A stretch of 63,634 nucleotides of DNA, filler included, from Octopus bimaculoides (lineage: Eukaryota), in assembly GCF_001194135.2 (NCBI RefSeq). It is 4 parts of 3 records of this genome, joined end to end, with 100 filler letters (N's around TTAATTAATTAA, not from the genome) between each part and the next. Parts side by side here need not be neighbours in the genome. Positions count along the whole stretch, not along the records: positions 21,372 to 52,201 come from NC_068982.1; 3 more parts are not named here. The stretch is one strand, 5' to 3'. A program made the position numbers and the translations under genes. Shown in pieces: positions 25,628-38,195 of the stretch. The notes below the pieces were generated by a model. The model made no database searches. It was not told the origin of the DNA and was given only the letters and a program-made list of their open reading frames with translations. Position 1 is the stretch's first letter, and the number at the start of each line of letters is the position of its first letter.

Positions 25628-26212
25628 NNNNNNNNNNNNNNNNNNNNNNNNNNNNNNNNNNNNNNNNNNNNNNNNNNNNNNNNNNNNNNNNNNNNNNNNN
25701 NNNNNNNNNNNNNNNNNNNNNNNNNNNNNNNNNNNNNNNNNNNNNNNNNNNNNNNNNNNNNNNNNNNNNNNNNNNNNNNNNNNNNNNNNNNNNNNNNNNN
25801 NNNNNNNNNNNNNNNNNNNNNNNNNNNNNNNNNNNNNNNNNNNNNNNNNNNNNNNNNNNNNNNNNNNNNNNNNNNNNNNNNNNNNNNNNNNNNNNNNNNN
25901 NNNNNNNNNNNNNNNNNNNNNNNNNNNNNNNNNNNNNNNNNNNNNNNNNNNNNNNNNNNNNNNNNNNNNNNNNNNNNNNNNNNNNNNNNNNNNNNNNNNN
26001 NNNNNNNNNNNNNNNNNNNNNNNNNNNNNNNNNNNNNNNNNNNNNNNNNNNNNNNNNNNNNNNNNNNNNNNNNNNNNNNNNNNNNNNNNNNNNNNNNNNN
26101 NNNNNNNNNNNNNNNNNNNNNNNNNNNNNNNNNNNNNNNNNNNNNNNNNNNNNNNNNNNNNNTTCTTCTTCTTCTTCTTCTTCTTCTTCTTCTTCTTCTT
26201 CTTCTTCTTCTT

Positions 26213-26243
<31 letters not shown>

Positions 26244-27149
26244 TTATTATTATTATTATTATTATTTTTAGTCTGTTACCAGAGACTGAAAGTGCTGCTA
26301 CTGCTGATGTTGTCGTAGATAATGTGTTCTCCAAATCACCTGTGATCGAGCAGATCTCTATCTAAATGCATTCCATAAGTGACCATCCTGTATTTTCAAG
26401 GGTACTCATGACTTTAACTGCGTTCGGGAATGGAACCTTGGTTCGAGAGTTCTAGAGATTTTGAGATGTGTAAACGCACCTCTTAGACACCATTGTTCTC
26501 CTGAGTACTCTGACCTGGAGGACTAGCAGCTGTGAGTGTCCTGGATAATTTTTAATTATCTAGGAAGAAACTCCAAACATAAACCCTTTCTATCTTTTGA
26601 GTGCCTTTGGAGAAGAAAGGCTCGGGAATCAACCTCGACAGCAAATCAATGAGTGGAGTCTTTCGGGTAATCAGGTGCCTTCTTTGACACCATTTCGTCA
26701 ACTCCAGGGCAGACTGAGCTCTCTGGTCCAGTAAAACAATTGGCCTAGAAGAAGGTCACTCCAATGTAAAACCTACAGCTTGCTGGTCACCGCAGCTGTC
26801 TTAGCTCATTCAGCCACTGTGGTCAGATCTCCAACCCTTTAGCATTCAAACCGGCCATATCTAGCCAAAATATTTAACCTGTTTAATGTCGAAACTGGTC
26901 AGATCCGGCTTCTCACCTCAACTCTACAATGTCATTCTAATACTAGACAATAACATCAGTGAAATCTCTAAACAAGATGATGCATGATTATTTCAAAACA
27001 ATATAAATTAACAAACATTATATTTGACAGATTAATCTGAACCCTAAAGGGCTAAAGAGTAAGATCGATTCGCACGGACTGACTATCACTTTAAAACTAC
27101 TTACCGCAAGCAGCAAGAAAAGCCCTGCATCGTCAAGGATCGGTTTATA

Positions 27150-27524
27150 TAGCCACTCGCTTGCGTGTTGTTCCAGTGGAGGAAGAAAATTTAGAAACGC
27201 AAGTGGAGAGACAGTTCAGAGTGGTGGAAGAAAAGAAGAAAGTACCAGGAGCAAGAAAAGGAAAATTTCGATGGAATTTGTGATGTACACAAAAAGCAAA
27301 GAAACTGAAAAGAAAGTATTAAAGTTTAAACATATTATAAGAGTAAATTGCCCACGGATGTGTATTCCGAGAATGTGAAGGCCATCATGGTTGACAAGGA
27401 CACCTACAACAGACTAAAAGACATGTATGGAGAAGGGATTGACCCGCCAGGAGTGATGGTGGAGTTCGATGAATTGCCACCTGTAGTGGAGCTAAAAGAT
27501 TTAGAACCTTTCATGAGATACTAA
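27150..27524 (+). pseudogene. Frameshifted protein-like ORF remnant, possibly LINE ORF1
   Basis: Stop-free frame 27330-27524: TYYKSKLPTDVYSENVKAIMVDKDTYNRLKDMYGEGIDPPGVMVEFDELPPVVELKDLEPFMRY*. It joins MEFVMYTKSKETEKKVLKFK with a one-base shift. Family not recognised. Confidence 0.3.
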
Positions 27525-28660
27525 AAAGGAAAAAAGTAAGTAAAATTGTTTTATTGAAGAAAGAATGAAAAAAGTAAAATAGTTTCATTTGAAAGAAGAG
27601 CAAAAAATGAGATTAAGAAAAAACAATAAGATAATAGAACGATTGTAAATAGTTTATATAAACATTCAAATGGTACTGCATNNNNNNNNNNNNNNNNNNN
27701 NNNNNNNNNNNNNNNNNNNNNNNNNNNNNNNNNNNNNNNNNNNNNNNNNNNNNNNNNNNNNNNNNNNNNNNNNNNNNNNNNNNNNNNNNNNNNNNNNNNN
27801 NNNNNNNNNNNNNNNNNNNNNNNNNNNNNNNNNNNNNNNNNNNNNNNNNNNNNNNNNNNNNNNNNNNNNNNNNNNNNNNNNNNNNNNNNNNNNNNNNNNN
27901 NNNNNNNNNNNNNNNNNNNNNNNNNNNNNNNNNNNNNNNNNNNNNNNNNNNNNNNNNNNNNNNNNNNNNNNNNNNNNNNNNNNNNNNNNNNNNNNNNNNN
28001 NNNNNNNNNNNNNNNNNNNNNNNNNNNNNNNNNNNNNNNNNNNNNNNNNNNNNNNNNNNNNNNNNNNNNNNNNNNNNNNNNNNNNNNNNNNNNNNNNNNN
28101 NNNNNNNNNNNNNNNNNNNNNNNNNNNNNNNNNNNNNNNNNNNNNNNNNNNNNNNNNNNNNNNNNNNNNNNNNNNNNNNNNNNNNNNNNNNNNNNNNNNN
28201 NNNNNNNNNNNNNNNNNNNNNNNNNNNNNNNNNNNNNNNNNNNNNNNNNNNNNNNNNNNNNNNNNNNNNNNNNNNNNNNNNNNNNNNNNNNNNNNNNNNN
28301 NNNNNNNNNNNNNNNNNNNNNNNNNNNNNNNNNNNNNNNNNNNNNNNNNNNNNNNNNNNNNNNNNNNNNNNNNNNNNNNNNNNNNNNNNNNNNNNNNNNN
28401 NNNNNNNNNNNNNNNNNNNNNNNNNNNNNNNNNNNNNNNNNNNNNNNNNNNNNNNNNNNNNNNNNNNNNNNNNNNNNGGGGGGGGGGGGGTAAAGAATAA
28501 GGATAAAAAGCAATAGAATCTTTTCCAACTTAACAATGGAGTATCTTCCAGAAACAATTCTTTAAATGGGGGTGGATTACTGTCTACAGGTAGGTTTCAT
28601 ATATTCCCACGGATTTGATGCCATTGTCAGTTTAGCGTCTGTTTTCTTCCTTATATTTAG

Positions 28661-28703
28661 GACGTCGCCAGAAATGAAACACCTAACCATTGCTCTTCCG
28701 AAT
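28661..28703 (+). CDS. Candidate 43-bp internal exon
   Basis: Acceptor ttttcttccttatatttag, donor GTGAGT. Open frames DVARNETPNHCSSE or TSPEMKHLTIALPN. No homology recognised. Confidence 0.25.
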
Positions 28704-28897
28704 GTGAGTGCATAGATTTATTAGCAGGTTGCTTTAAAGATGTCTGTCGTTCTGCTTTTATAGTACACTGTACAGACGAGACGAAGAGCGACGTAGAGTA
28801 GTTTTGTACAATATAAGGTGTCTGAAGTTGTCCTCTATTATATACACCTCTGTATCTGACGCTCATGTTCAACGGATATCGATGACAACGAAAAAGA

Positions 28898-28942
<45 letters not shown>

Positions 28943-29139
28943 ACACGCCCGCACGCACGCACGCACACACAAAAACACCCAAATGTAACTGCACACATGC
29001 ATACAAGCGTGTAAAAGTGTTTATACATATATAGCCTTGTATGTGTATATATATGTATGCATTTTTATACACACACATACAGCTACACGCAGAAGTTATG
29101 AGGATTACTGTTTCACGTGTAAACAATGATATTAATAAG

Positions 29140-29176
<37 letters not shown>

Positions 29177-29182
29177 GTCTGA

Positions 29183-29213
<31 letters not shown>

Positions 29214-29400
29214 TCTATTTAAACGTCAGATAAATATATCGGTATTCTGTTATGTGCTTTTACGTCCGTTTTGACGTCAAGTTGTACTGCCTTTCATTCT
29301 TTCATTGCCGATGAAATAAATACCAAAGATGCACTGGGGTCAATGTGATCCTCTAGCCCCTTCTCCCTAAATTTCAGGCCTTATACGAGTTGTAGAAAAG

Positions 29401-29460
<60 letters not shown>

Positions 29461-29615
29461 TTGGTAGCGGGGTCGAGAAAATGAAGGAACGGTCAAGTAC
29501 TAGGGCTGATTTAATCAATAACATCTGTTAACTGTATCCATGTAATAAATCCTTAACCTCGATTATTTTACACAAATCTGATGTACACAAGTAATTGTAA
29601 TGTATATACATATAC

Positions 29616-29653
<38 letters not shown>

Positions 29654-30286
29654 TTGTACACGTATACTTACCCATACATATATTTGTATGTTATATACAT
29701 TTATATGTCTGTCTCTCTTTCTATCTTATATCTCTCTCCCTCTTTCTCTTTAAACACGCGTATATGTGGAGAGAGAGAGTGTGTTTGCGTATGTGTATGT
29801 GTGTATATATATACTTGCATACGTATACTTACACATACATATATTTGTATATATTATATACATTTATATGTCTGTTTTTCATTCTATCTATCATATTATC
29901 TATCTCCCCCTTCTCCCTCTCCCTCTACACACACGCATATGCGTGGAGAGAGAGTGTGTTCGCGTATGTGTGTGTGTGTATTTATTACCTTAATTAGAAT
30001 CGATTATGTCTAGTCTAAATTCAATTATCTCTAACAATGTGTCTATCGACTTTTCTGTTTACCCGTATATGTTCATATGTATGTATGTATGTCATTACTC
30101 AGTTTATTTCAAGATTTCTTGCCAATAGAGAAAGAACCGGTTTCTAACCTTCATCCAAGTTTCCTTTACTGGAATTTCAGCATCAACAACATGGTATGTA
30201 TGTATGTATGTATGTATGTATGTATGTATGTATGTATGTATGCATGTATGCATGTATGTATGTATGTATGTATGCATGCATGTATG

Positions 30287-30320
<34 letters not shown>

Positions 30321-30335
30321 TGTATGTATGTATGT

Positions 30336-31180
30336 GCAGATTTGTATGTTTTATGCATGTGTTCTCATGCATATAGTTGCATATCTAGACATGCTCATAT
30401 ATATTTAAATGATAAACTTCTGGAAAGTTTTACAGATTTTTTACAGTTCCAGTGATGGATTAGATCTGTAATCTTAGAATTAGTTTTCTTCTTTCTTTGA
30501 GAAGCCTTATTTTTCAAGATTGGTATTTAGGCATATCCCGGGGCCCCAGTTATTACAGGTATAAACCTGAACTTGTAATCTGGATAGAATAACTGCAGAT
30601 TTCTCAATAGTTCAGCATAGGTGTTCTCTTTTTCATTGATCTTCAGATTTATGTTAACATCCTCTGGGCAGCTAATTTCCATAACTGTACACAGTTTCTC
30701 TTCTCTATCCCAAATCATTATATCAGATCTGTTGTGCTTACATATTATTGAGGTCTTCACTGGTACATTCCCCCAGTATTCCTTTTTATTATGAGTGGCT
30801 ATTGCTTCTATCATATTGTGGGTTCTTATTTCTTTGTCCTCGGGATTATCCTTCCGACGGATTTCATTATAAAGTGTCCTAGGTACATCATGTCTCATCG
30901 GTAGATAATACCGTGATGACATTTTCGGACAACTACTGATATCTTCAGTGTGACCTCTACAAAGTCTGCATCGGTTGTCACACTTTACGGCTTTACCTGC
31001 ATCTCTATCCCTTTTGTGAATCAGGTACTTGGTTGATATTTCTTGTTCCTGGATTGCAAACGCATACCATTCAAAGTGGGAGGTAGTAATCCGGCTATTG
31101 GTCCATGATAAACTGTTTTCATGGTCGATGTTACTATCATCACGGAGCTTGCTAGTAACGTATCCATGCATAGTCTTCTG
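30336..31180 (-). mobile_element. RLE-type LINE fragment (CCHC finger and restriction-like endonuclease), flanked by (CATA)n on both sides
   Basis: SHFEWYAFAIQEQEISTKYL..CDNRCRLC..SSCPKMSSRYYLPMRHD..NRSDIMIWDREEKLCTVMEISCP..KENTYAELLRNLQLFYPDYKFRFIPVITGAPG. Confidence 0.85.
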
Positions 31181-31220
31181 TATGTATGTATGTATGTATG
31201 TATGTATGTATGTATGTATG

Positions 31221-31271
<51 letters not shown>

Positions 31272-31359
31272 GCATAAATACGTGTACACATACGTATATA
31301 CATTCATCCATCCATCCATCCACCCATCCATCCATCCATCCATCCATCCATCCATCCAC

Positions 31360-31390
<31 letters not shown>

Positions 31391-31802
31391 CATATGAGTG
31401 GTGTGCGCGTTTATTACCTAAATTAGAATGAATTATATCTAACCTAGATTCTGTTATCTGTAACATTGTGTCAATCAACCTTTCTGTTTATCTACGCGTG
31501 ATTTTTATTATTACGTGCTATTGTATTTACTTGAGACAGGATAAAATCTTAAGAGTGTGGGCAGAACTCAATTCTGTCAGTCTTCAGTTCGTTTGATATT
31601 CACCTATCAATCTGTTCTTTCTTTAATCTAACCTATGTGAAAATGCGGAATGGTGAAACTGTATAATTATTTCAAGCTCACATTTAATTATCCTTAAATA
31701 TGTATAGTTTCACATTAATTTACCTATTGCTTTCAAGAGCATAGTGTCACTAAAGGATTTATTTCTTAAATCATTTTACCTGCACCAGCAAATGTACAGC
31801 CT

Positions 31803-31834
<32 letters not shown>

Positions 31835-32450
31835 TNNNNNNNNNNNNNNNNNNNNNNNNNNNNNNNNNNNNNNNNNNNNNNNNNNNNNNNNNNNNNNNNN
31901 NNNNNNNNNNNNNNNNNNNNNNNNNNNNNNNNNNNNNNNNNNNNNNNNNNNNNNNNNNNNNNNNNNNNNNNNNNNNNNNNNNNNNNNNNNNNNNNNNNNN
32001 NNNNNNNNNNNNNNNNNNNNNNNNNNNNNNNNNNNNNNNNNNNNNNNNNNNNNNNNNNNNNNNNNNNNNNNNNNNNNNNNNNNNNNNNNNNNNNNNNNNN
32101 NNNNNNNNNNNNNNNNNNNNNNNNNNNNNNNNNNNNNNNNNNNNNNNNNNNNNNNNNNNNNNNNNNNNNNNNNNNNNNNNNNNNNNNNNNNNNNNNNNNN
32201 NNNNNNNNNNNNNNNNNNNNNNNNNNNNNNNNNNNNNNNNNNNNNNNNNNNNNNNNNNNNNNNNNNNNNNNNNNNNNNNNNNNNNNNNNNNNNNNNNNNN
32301 NNNNNNNNNNNNNNNNNNNNNNNNNNNNNNNNNNNNNNNNNNNNNNNNNNNNNNNNNNNNNNNNNNNNNNNNNNNNNNNNNNNNNNNNNNNNNNNNNNNN
32401 NNNNNNNNNNNNNNNNNNNNNNNNNNNNNNNNNNNNNNNNNNNNNNNNNN

Positions 32451-32482
<32 letters not shown>

Positions 32483-32581
32483 GTATATTTATACGTATAA
32501 ATATCTAAATATATATGTATTACGTGTATGCATGTAAGCACCCATGTGTATATGAGGATGTGGTTGCATACATACCCCCCC

Positions 32582-32613
<32 letters not shown>

Positions 32614-32962
32614 CGTGCGTGTGTGTGGATATGTGTGTATGTACAAGTACGTAATACATGTATGTTTGTGTGAGTGTGTACTTATGTAGACGTTGTGAAC
32701 GCAGGAGGTTTATGTCAATGTATTATAAAAACATGGTGGCGTGTATTTTTTTTATCTGTTTTCTTTTTCAACCTTTTAGAGTTCCTTCCCTTTTATTTAA
32801 CGGTTTTTCATAGCGTCTGTTGTTATTAATAGCTGACGAGAATGTATTGCAGCTCTTCGCTCCGACATTCGAAGCTCCGAGTTTTCCTGCTTGTTCTAAA
32901 TTATAACATATATAAATAATCCTCTATTTCTCGAATATAGAGGTCTCATTCTTTTGTTGTTA

Positions 32963-33028
<66 letters not shown>

Positions 33029-34281
33029 GTTTTTTCTTCTTCTTTGTTCAATTTTTTTTCTATTTCTCGCCGAGTGCTTTCCGTACACCTAGGGCAGAGA
33101 AGTTCATTGTATGCATTCCCAGTTTACACACGCAAATTCACAGGTAAAATATGTATGTAAAAAAAATTAATAAATAAATATATTTATGAATGGATGTTGT
33201 TTTCACAGCGATAATGCTCTTCTCAGTACATGAGTCGTACCAGTTTATAGTCGTTCCTGTAGGGATGCTATGCCTGGTATCATTTTCAAATAGGTTTCAG
33301 TACCTTCTTTTATCATTCCTAGAGACCCTACAATCACTGGTACGGTAGTCGCCTTCAGATGCCACATTTTTACAATTTCTATTAGCAAGTCTTCATATTT
33401 ACTGATCTTTTCAAATTCTTTCGCCGCTATATTGTGATCGCAAGGAATACTCATGTCAATTAATAAACACATCTTGTTTGTCTGATCTTTTATAATAACA
33501 TTCTGTTTATTAGCTTTTATAATTTTGTCGGTATGCACGGCGAAGTCCCAGAGAATCGACACATTTTCTCCCTCAGTCACAGCTTCAGGATGTTGTTTAT
33601 ACCATTTGTCAGCGGTTATAATTTTATAATGCCGACACATTGTCCAGTGTAAATACTGGCCGACTCTGTCATGTCATGCTTTATATACTACAAGTGCTAA
33701 GACTCTACACCCTGAGATTAGGTGGTCTATAGTTTCAATCGCATCGTTACAGAATCGGCATTTTGGGTCAGCTCCATTTTTTTTATCACATTGGCTTGGT
33801 AGTTCCGGGTTAATAAGCTTTGGCCTTGAGCAGCTATGAACCCTTCACTCTCTGCTTTTAGCCCTGAGCTTCGTAACCATTGATGCGTGTGTTTCTGGTC
33901 AACATCCTTGCCATGCAGAGGTTTCTGTTCCCATCTACTTGCTAATTTTTCATGTGCTTTTGTCTTTGCAATAAATTTTATTTTCTTTGCAGCAGCAGTT
34001 GGCGCATTTCCTTCAACCTGATCAATATGGTAGGTATCTAAGAGATCAGTAGCGAATTTTTTGCTCTCTTTCAGAATAGAGTGAAGCTTTTTCGGTCTTT
34101 CATGTTTTTCAACAAGTTTCAGCATCCAATAGTTGGTGGTTTCAAGGTATTTGGCCATTCTGATTGTGATGGTTTTGTACGTAAGTTCAAGCTGGATCAA
34201 GCCCCGACCTCCCGGAGCTCTGGGAACGTAAAGGCGATCCACACCTGCCAAGTCAGTAGCTTGCGTATTTTTCTATCAATC

Positions 34282-34283
<2 letters not shown>
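33029..34283 (-). mobile_element. 5'-truncated R4/Dong-like RLE LINE between two (TAA)n arrays
   Basis: VDRLYVPRAPGGRGL; LKAESEGF..AQ; KCRFC..ETIDHLISGC; ILWDF..LIDMSIPCD..EKISKYEDL..VPVIVGSLG. (TTA)n at 32965-33028 and 34284-34318. Confidence 0.9.
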
Positions 34284-34318
<35 letters not shown>

Positions 34319-34369
34319 CACATATATATATATATATATATATGAATACGTCGTTTGATCAACAAGTAT

Positions 34370-34470
34370 CCGGATTCGGACCGTTGCTATAGTGACGACG
34401 CTAAAGCACGGAGAGCAAAGCTGCTTGGTACAGATTGACCTTGACCTCTGCTGTGCGCGCGCACAAAGTC
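34370..34470. promoter_or_regulatory. Candidate promoter/enhancer: RFX X-box, nuclear-receptor DR0 and GC palindrome
   Basis: GTTGCTATAGTGAC (34383-34396), TGACCTTGACCT (34436-34447) and GTGCGCGCGCAC (34453-34464) in a locally CpG-rich patch. Confidence 0.35.
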
Positions 34471-34559
34471 TTAACGTTCTAGCTCACATCCGCTGTTTCT
34501 TATACAAGAATGTTAACAGTTATAATGTTGTTAACACATACCCACCCAAATACATACCC

Positions 34560-34605
<46 letters not shown>

Positions 34606-35394
34606 TACGCGTAATGTTTCCAAATCTTTCCATACAAAACGTGCTTGACTTTAAATGTTTAAAAGTTGTTAACCTGTATAATAAGTGGGCTGATTTTTTG
34701 ACAACAGACTTTCCACTACCGAGTTCATATTACGATTAACCCAAATCGTTCTTTAATATCGTTCAGATAATAGTAATCCTTGTCGTTTTGCAGGATAATT
34801 TAGGTAACGTTAGAACCTTCAATGAATGCGTTTGTTTTTCTATTTAATGTTGACACTCATTTTCATTTAAATTTTCATCTGATTCAATAATAAGAAAAAT
34901 GAAAGACAAGAATTCTTTAAATAGCAGACACTATTCTTAAAGTACACTCATTTTCTCCTCTTCTTTGTGTTTGTTTGTCTGCTAATTTAATAAATATGTA
35001 ATACAAGATGTATATTTAGTAACTTTAGATATTACCTTTCAGCTGCACCTTGAGACAAAATTGTTTTGCCTAGTTAAGAACTCATGTGGAAAATAGACAT
35101 ACTATTTACACTCAGACATATATTTATTCGTGTCGTATACATACATACAAACATGCCCCCACCCATATATGTATGTGTGTGTTTATGCATGTATGTATGT
35201 ATGTATATATATATATTTTGAGATTGCGAGTGCTAACAATACTCGCAAATAAAATACAGACTGGAGTTGTAGTGCTCCAAGTGAGCTATATTGCACTTAA
35301 TAATTTCAATGGAGGCAACGCAAGTTGTTCCCTCCCGCCTTATTCGGGTGCCTCTCGTTTTAGATAATGCTTTGAAAATTCTAAAGAGACAGAG

Positions 35395-35586
35395 ACTTCA
35401 AATTCGATATATCGAATTTGAAGTCTCTGTCTCTTTTGAATATGAAAATTTAAAAGTTTAAAAACCTTATAATATAAATATAAACTGTGAGAACGACCCT
35501 TAAGGAATCTAGTTAATGATCTCCTAAGGTAAGTTCTTATGCTATATTGGTAACGGTTGCTACATCCTCTGGGAAAATTATTATAT
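35395..35586 (+). repeat. Unclassified dispersed repeat, second copy ~60495-60655
   Basis: Shared gagaacga.ccttaaggaatcta.t.aatgatc....cttatgctatattggtaacg. Confidence 0.7.
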
Positions 35587-36799
35587 NNNNNNNNNNNNNN
35601 NNNNNNNNNNNNNNNNNNNNNNNNNNNNNNNNNNNNNNNNNNNNNNNNNNNNNNNNNNNNNNNNNNNNNNNNNNNNNNNNNNNNNNNNNNNNNNNNNNNN
35701 NNNNNNNNNNNNNNNNNNNNNNNNNNNNNNNNNNNNNNNNNNNNNNNNNNNNNNNNNNNNNNNNNNNNNNNNNNNNNNNNNNNNNNNNNNNNNNNNNNNN
35801 NNNNNNNNNNNNNNNNNNNNNNNNNNNNNNNNNNNNNNNNNNNNNNNNNNNNNNNNNNNNNNNNNNNNNNNNNNNNNNNNNNNNNNNNNNNNNNNNNNNN
35901 NNNNNNNNNNNNNNNNNNNNNNNNNNNNNNNNNNNNNNNNNNNNNNNNNNNNNNNNNNNNNNNNNNNNNNNNNNNNNNNNNNNNNNNNNNNNNNNNNNNN
36001 NNNNNNNNNNNNNNNNNNNNNNNNNNNNNNNNNNNNNNNNNNNNNNNNNNNNNNNNNNNNNNNNNNNNNNNNNNNNNNNNNNNNNNNNNNNNNNNNNNNN
36101 NNNNNNNNNNNNNNNNNNNNNNNNNNNNNNNNNNNNNNNNNNNNNNNNNNNNNNNNNNNNNNNNNNNNNNNNNNNNNNNNNNNNNNNNNNNNNNNNNNNN
36201 NNNNNNNNNNNNNNNNNNNNNNNNNNNNNNNNNNNNNNNNNNNNNNNNNNNNNNNNNNNNNNNNNNNNNNNNNNNNNNNNNNNNNNNNNNNNNNNNNNNN
36301 NNNNNNNNNNNNNNNNNNNNNNNNNNNNNNNNNNNNNNNNNNNNNNNNNNNNNNNNNNNNNNNNNNNNNNNNNNNNNNNNNNNNNNNNNNNNNNNNNNNN
36401 NNNNNNNNNNNNNNNNNNNNNNNNNNNNNNNNNNNNNNNNNNNNNNNNNNNNNNNNNNGGAAAATGAAAAAAAGCCAGAATGCTGAACTGGAAGCATATT
36501 TTAATAAAGATTTTTTTCTAACCGGTTTTCATTGCGGAAAAGCAAATTATCGACAAGAAGGAGAATGAAAATGTTTTTTTACAAAGAAGTACAAAATGAA
36601 GAAAATAATATATAAAACAATAATATATAAAAAAAATAGATATACCCATACATTATATTGTCTTTGAGCTTTTGTAGTTCAATAGTAGTTCATGTATAAA
36701 TTGGTAGGAAAAAAAGGATGCATGAGAGTTGAGAGTTTTGTTAGGTTTAAAAAAAGGGTTAAGAGTTTGTGTTAAGCAGGAAAAGATGCTTAAGAAAGT

Positions 36800-37020
36800 T
36801 GCAGGTGTTAAGGACAAGCTTAAGATAGTCCATGAACCTCTTCCTGGGTCTCCCGACCGGGCGAATACCTGTTGATACCTCTCTGAAGAAAACCATTTTC
36901 AGGATGCCTTTATCATGCGTTGGATGACTGCTTCAACGCTGGAGATTCCTACTTGCGGGAAAATTTCTGTGTTGGTGACCTTATCTTTCCAAGTAATGCT
37001 TAAAATTTGCTGTATGCGTG
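36800..37020 (-). mobile_element. RTE-type LINE 3' coding remnant
   Basis: QILSITWKDKVTNTEI..(deletion)..GILKMVFFREVSTGIRPVGRPRKRFMDYLK. Confidence 0.7.
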
Positions 37021-37112
37021 TATTTGTATTAGTACTAATTAATATTAATGCCCTCATTTTAATTGCTATCACCACAACGTTTCGGCCATTGTACCCTCTG
37101 GCCTTATTCGGG

Positions 37113-37150
<38 letters not shown>

Positions 37151-37264
37151 GCTGTCTCTCTCACACACACACACATACACACACGCACACACTTACATAT
37201 ATATATACATATATGTACATATATATACATATATGTATATTTATATGTATATATATATACCGGA

Positions 37265-37454
37265 GTAAGCACATGAAATGTGCAACAAGGTGGAAAAAAG
37301 AGTACTCAAATACCAGAGGTAGAGTAATATGCTTTATTTAAAAGCAGCAGAAATATAACAAAAAAAACGTTACTCTGAGTTTCACGTTCCCATGAACGGG
37401 AACGTGAAACTCAGAGTAACGGTTTTTTTGTTATATTTCTGCTGCTTTTAAATA
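37265..37454. mobile_element. Penelope-like terminal palindrome: 57-bp arms (37335-37391 / 37398-37454), 6-nt loop, partial hammerhead
   Basis: Arms differ at one base. Right arm reads ATGA ACG GGAA CGT GAAA CTCAGAGT A ACGG, a hammerhead 3' half lacking CUG. Confidence 0.6.
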
Positions 37455-38149
37455 NNNNNNNNNNNNNNNNNNNNNNNNNNNNNNNNNNNNNNNNNNNNNN
37501 NNNNNNNNNNNNNNNNNNNNNNNNNNNNNNNNNNNNNNNNNNNNNNNNNNNNNNNNNNNNNNNNNNNNNNNNNNNNNNNNNNNNNNNNNNNNNNNNNNNN
37601 NNNNNNNNNNNNNNNNNNNNNNNNNNNNNNNNNNNNNNNNNNNNNNNNNNNNNNNNNNNNNNNNNNNNNNNNNNNNNNNNNNNNNNNNNNNNNNNNNNNN
37701 NNNNNNNNNNNNNNNNNNNNNNNNNNNNNNNNNNNNNNNNNNNNNNNNNNNNNNNNNNNNNNNNNNNNNNNNNNNNNNNNNNNNNNNNNNNNNNNNNNNN
37801 NNNNNNNNNNNNNNNNNNNNNNNNNNNNNNNNNNNNNNNNNNNNNNNNNNNNNNNNNNNNNNNNNNNNNNNNNNNNNNNNNNNNNNNNNNNNNNNNNNNN
37901 NNNNNNNNNNNNNNNNNNNNNNNNNNNNNNNNNNNNNNNNNNNNNNNNNNNNNNNNNNNNNNNNNNNNNNNNNNNNNNNNNNNNNNNNNNNNNNNNNNNN
38001 NNNNNNNNNNNNNNNNNNNNNNNNNNNNNNNNNNNNNNNNNNNNNNNNNNNNNNNNNNNNNNNNNNNNNNNNNNNNNNNNNNNNNNNNNNNNNNNNNNNN
38101 NNNNNNNNNNNNNNNNNNNNNNNNNNNNNNNNNNNNNNNNNNNNNNNNN

Positions 38150-38195
<46 letters not shown>

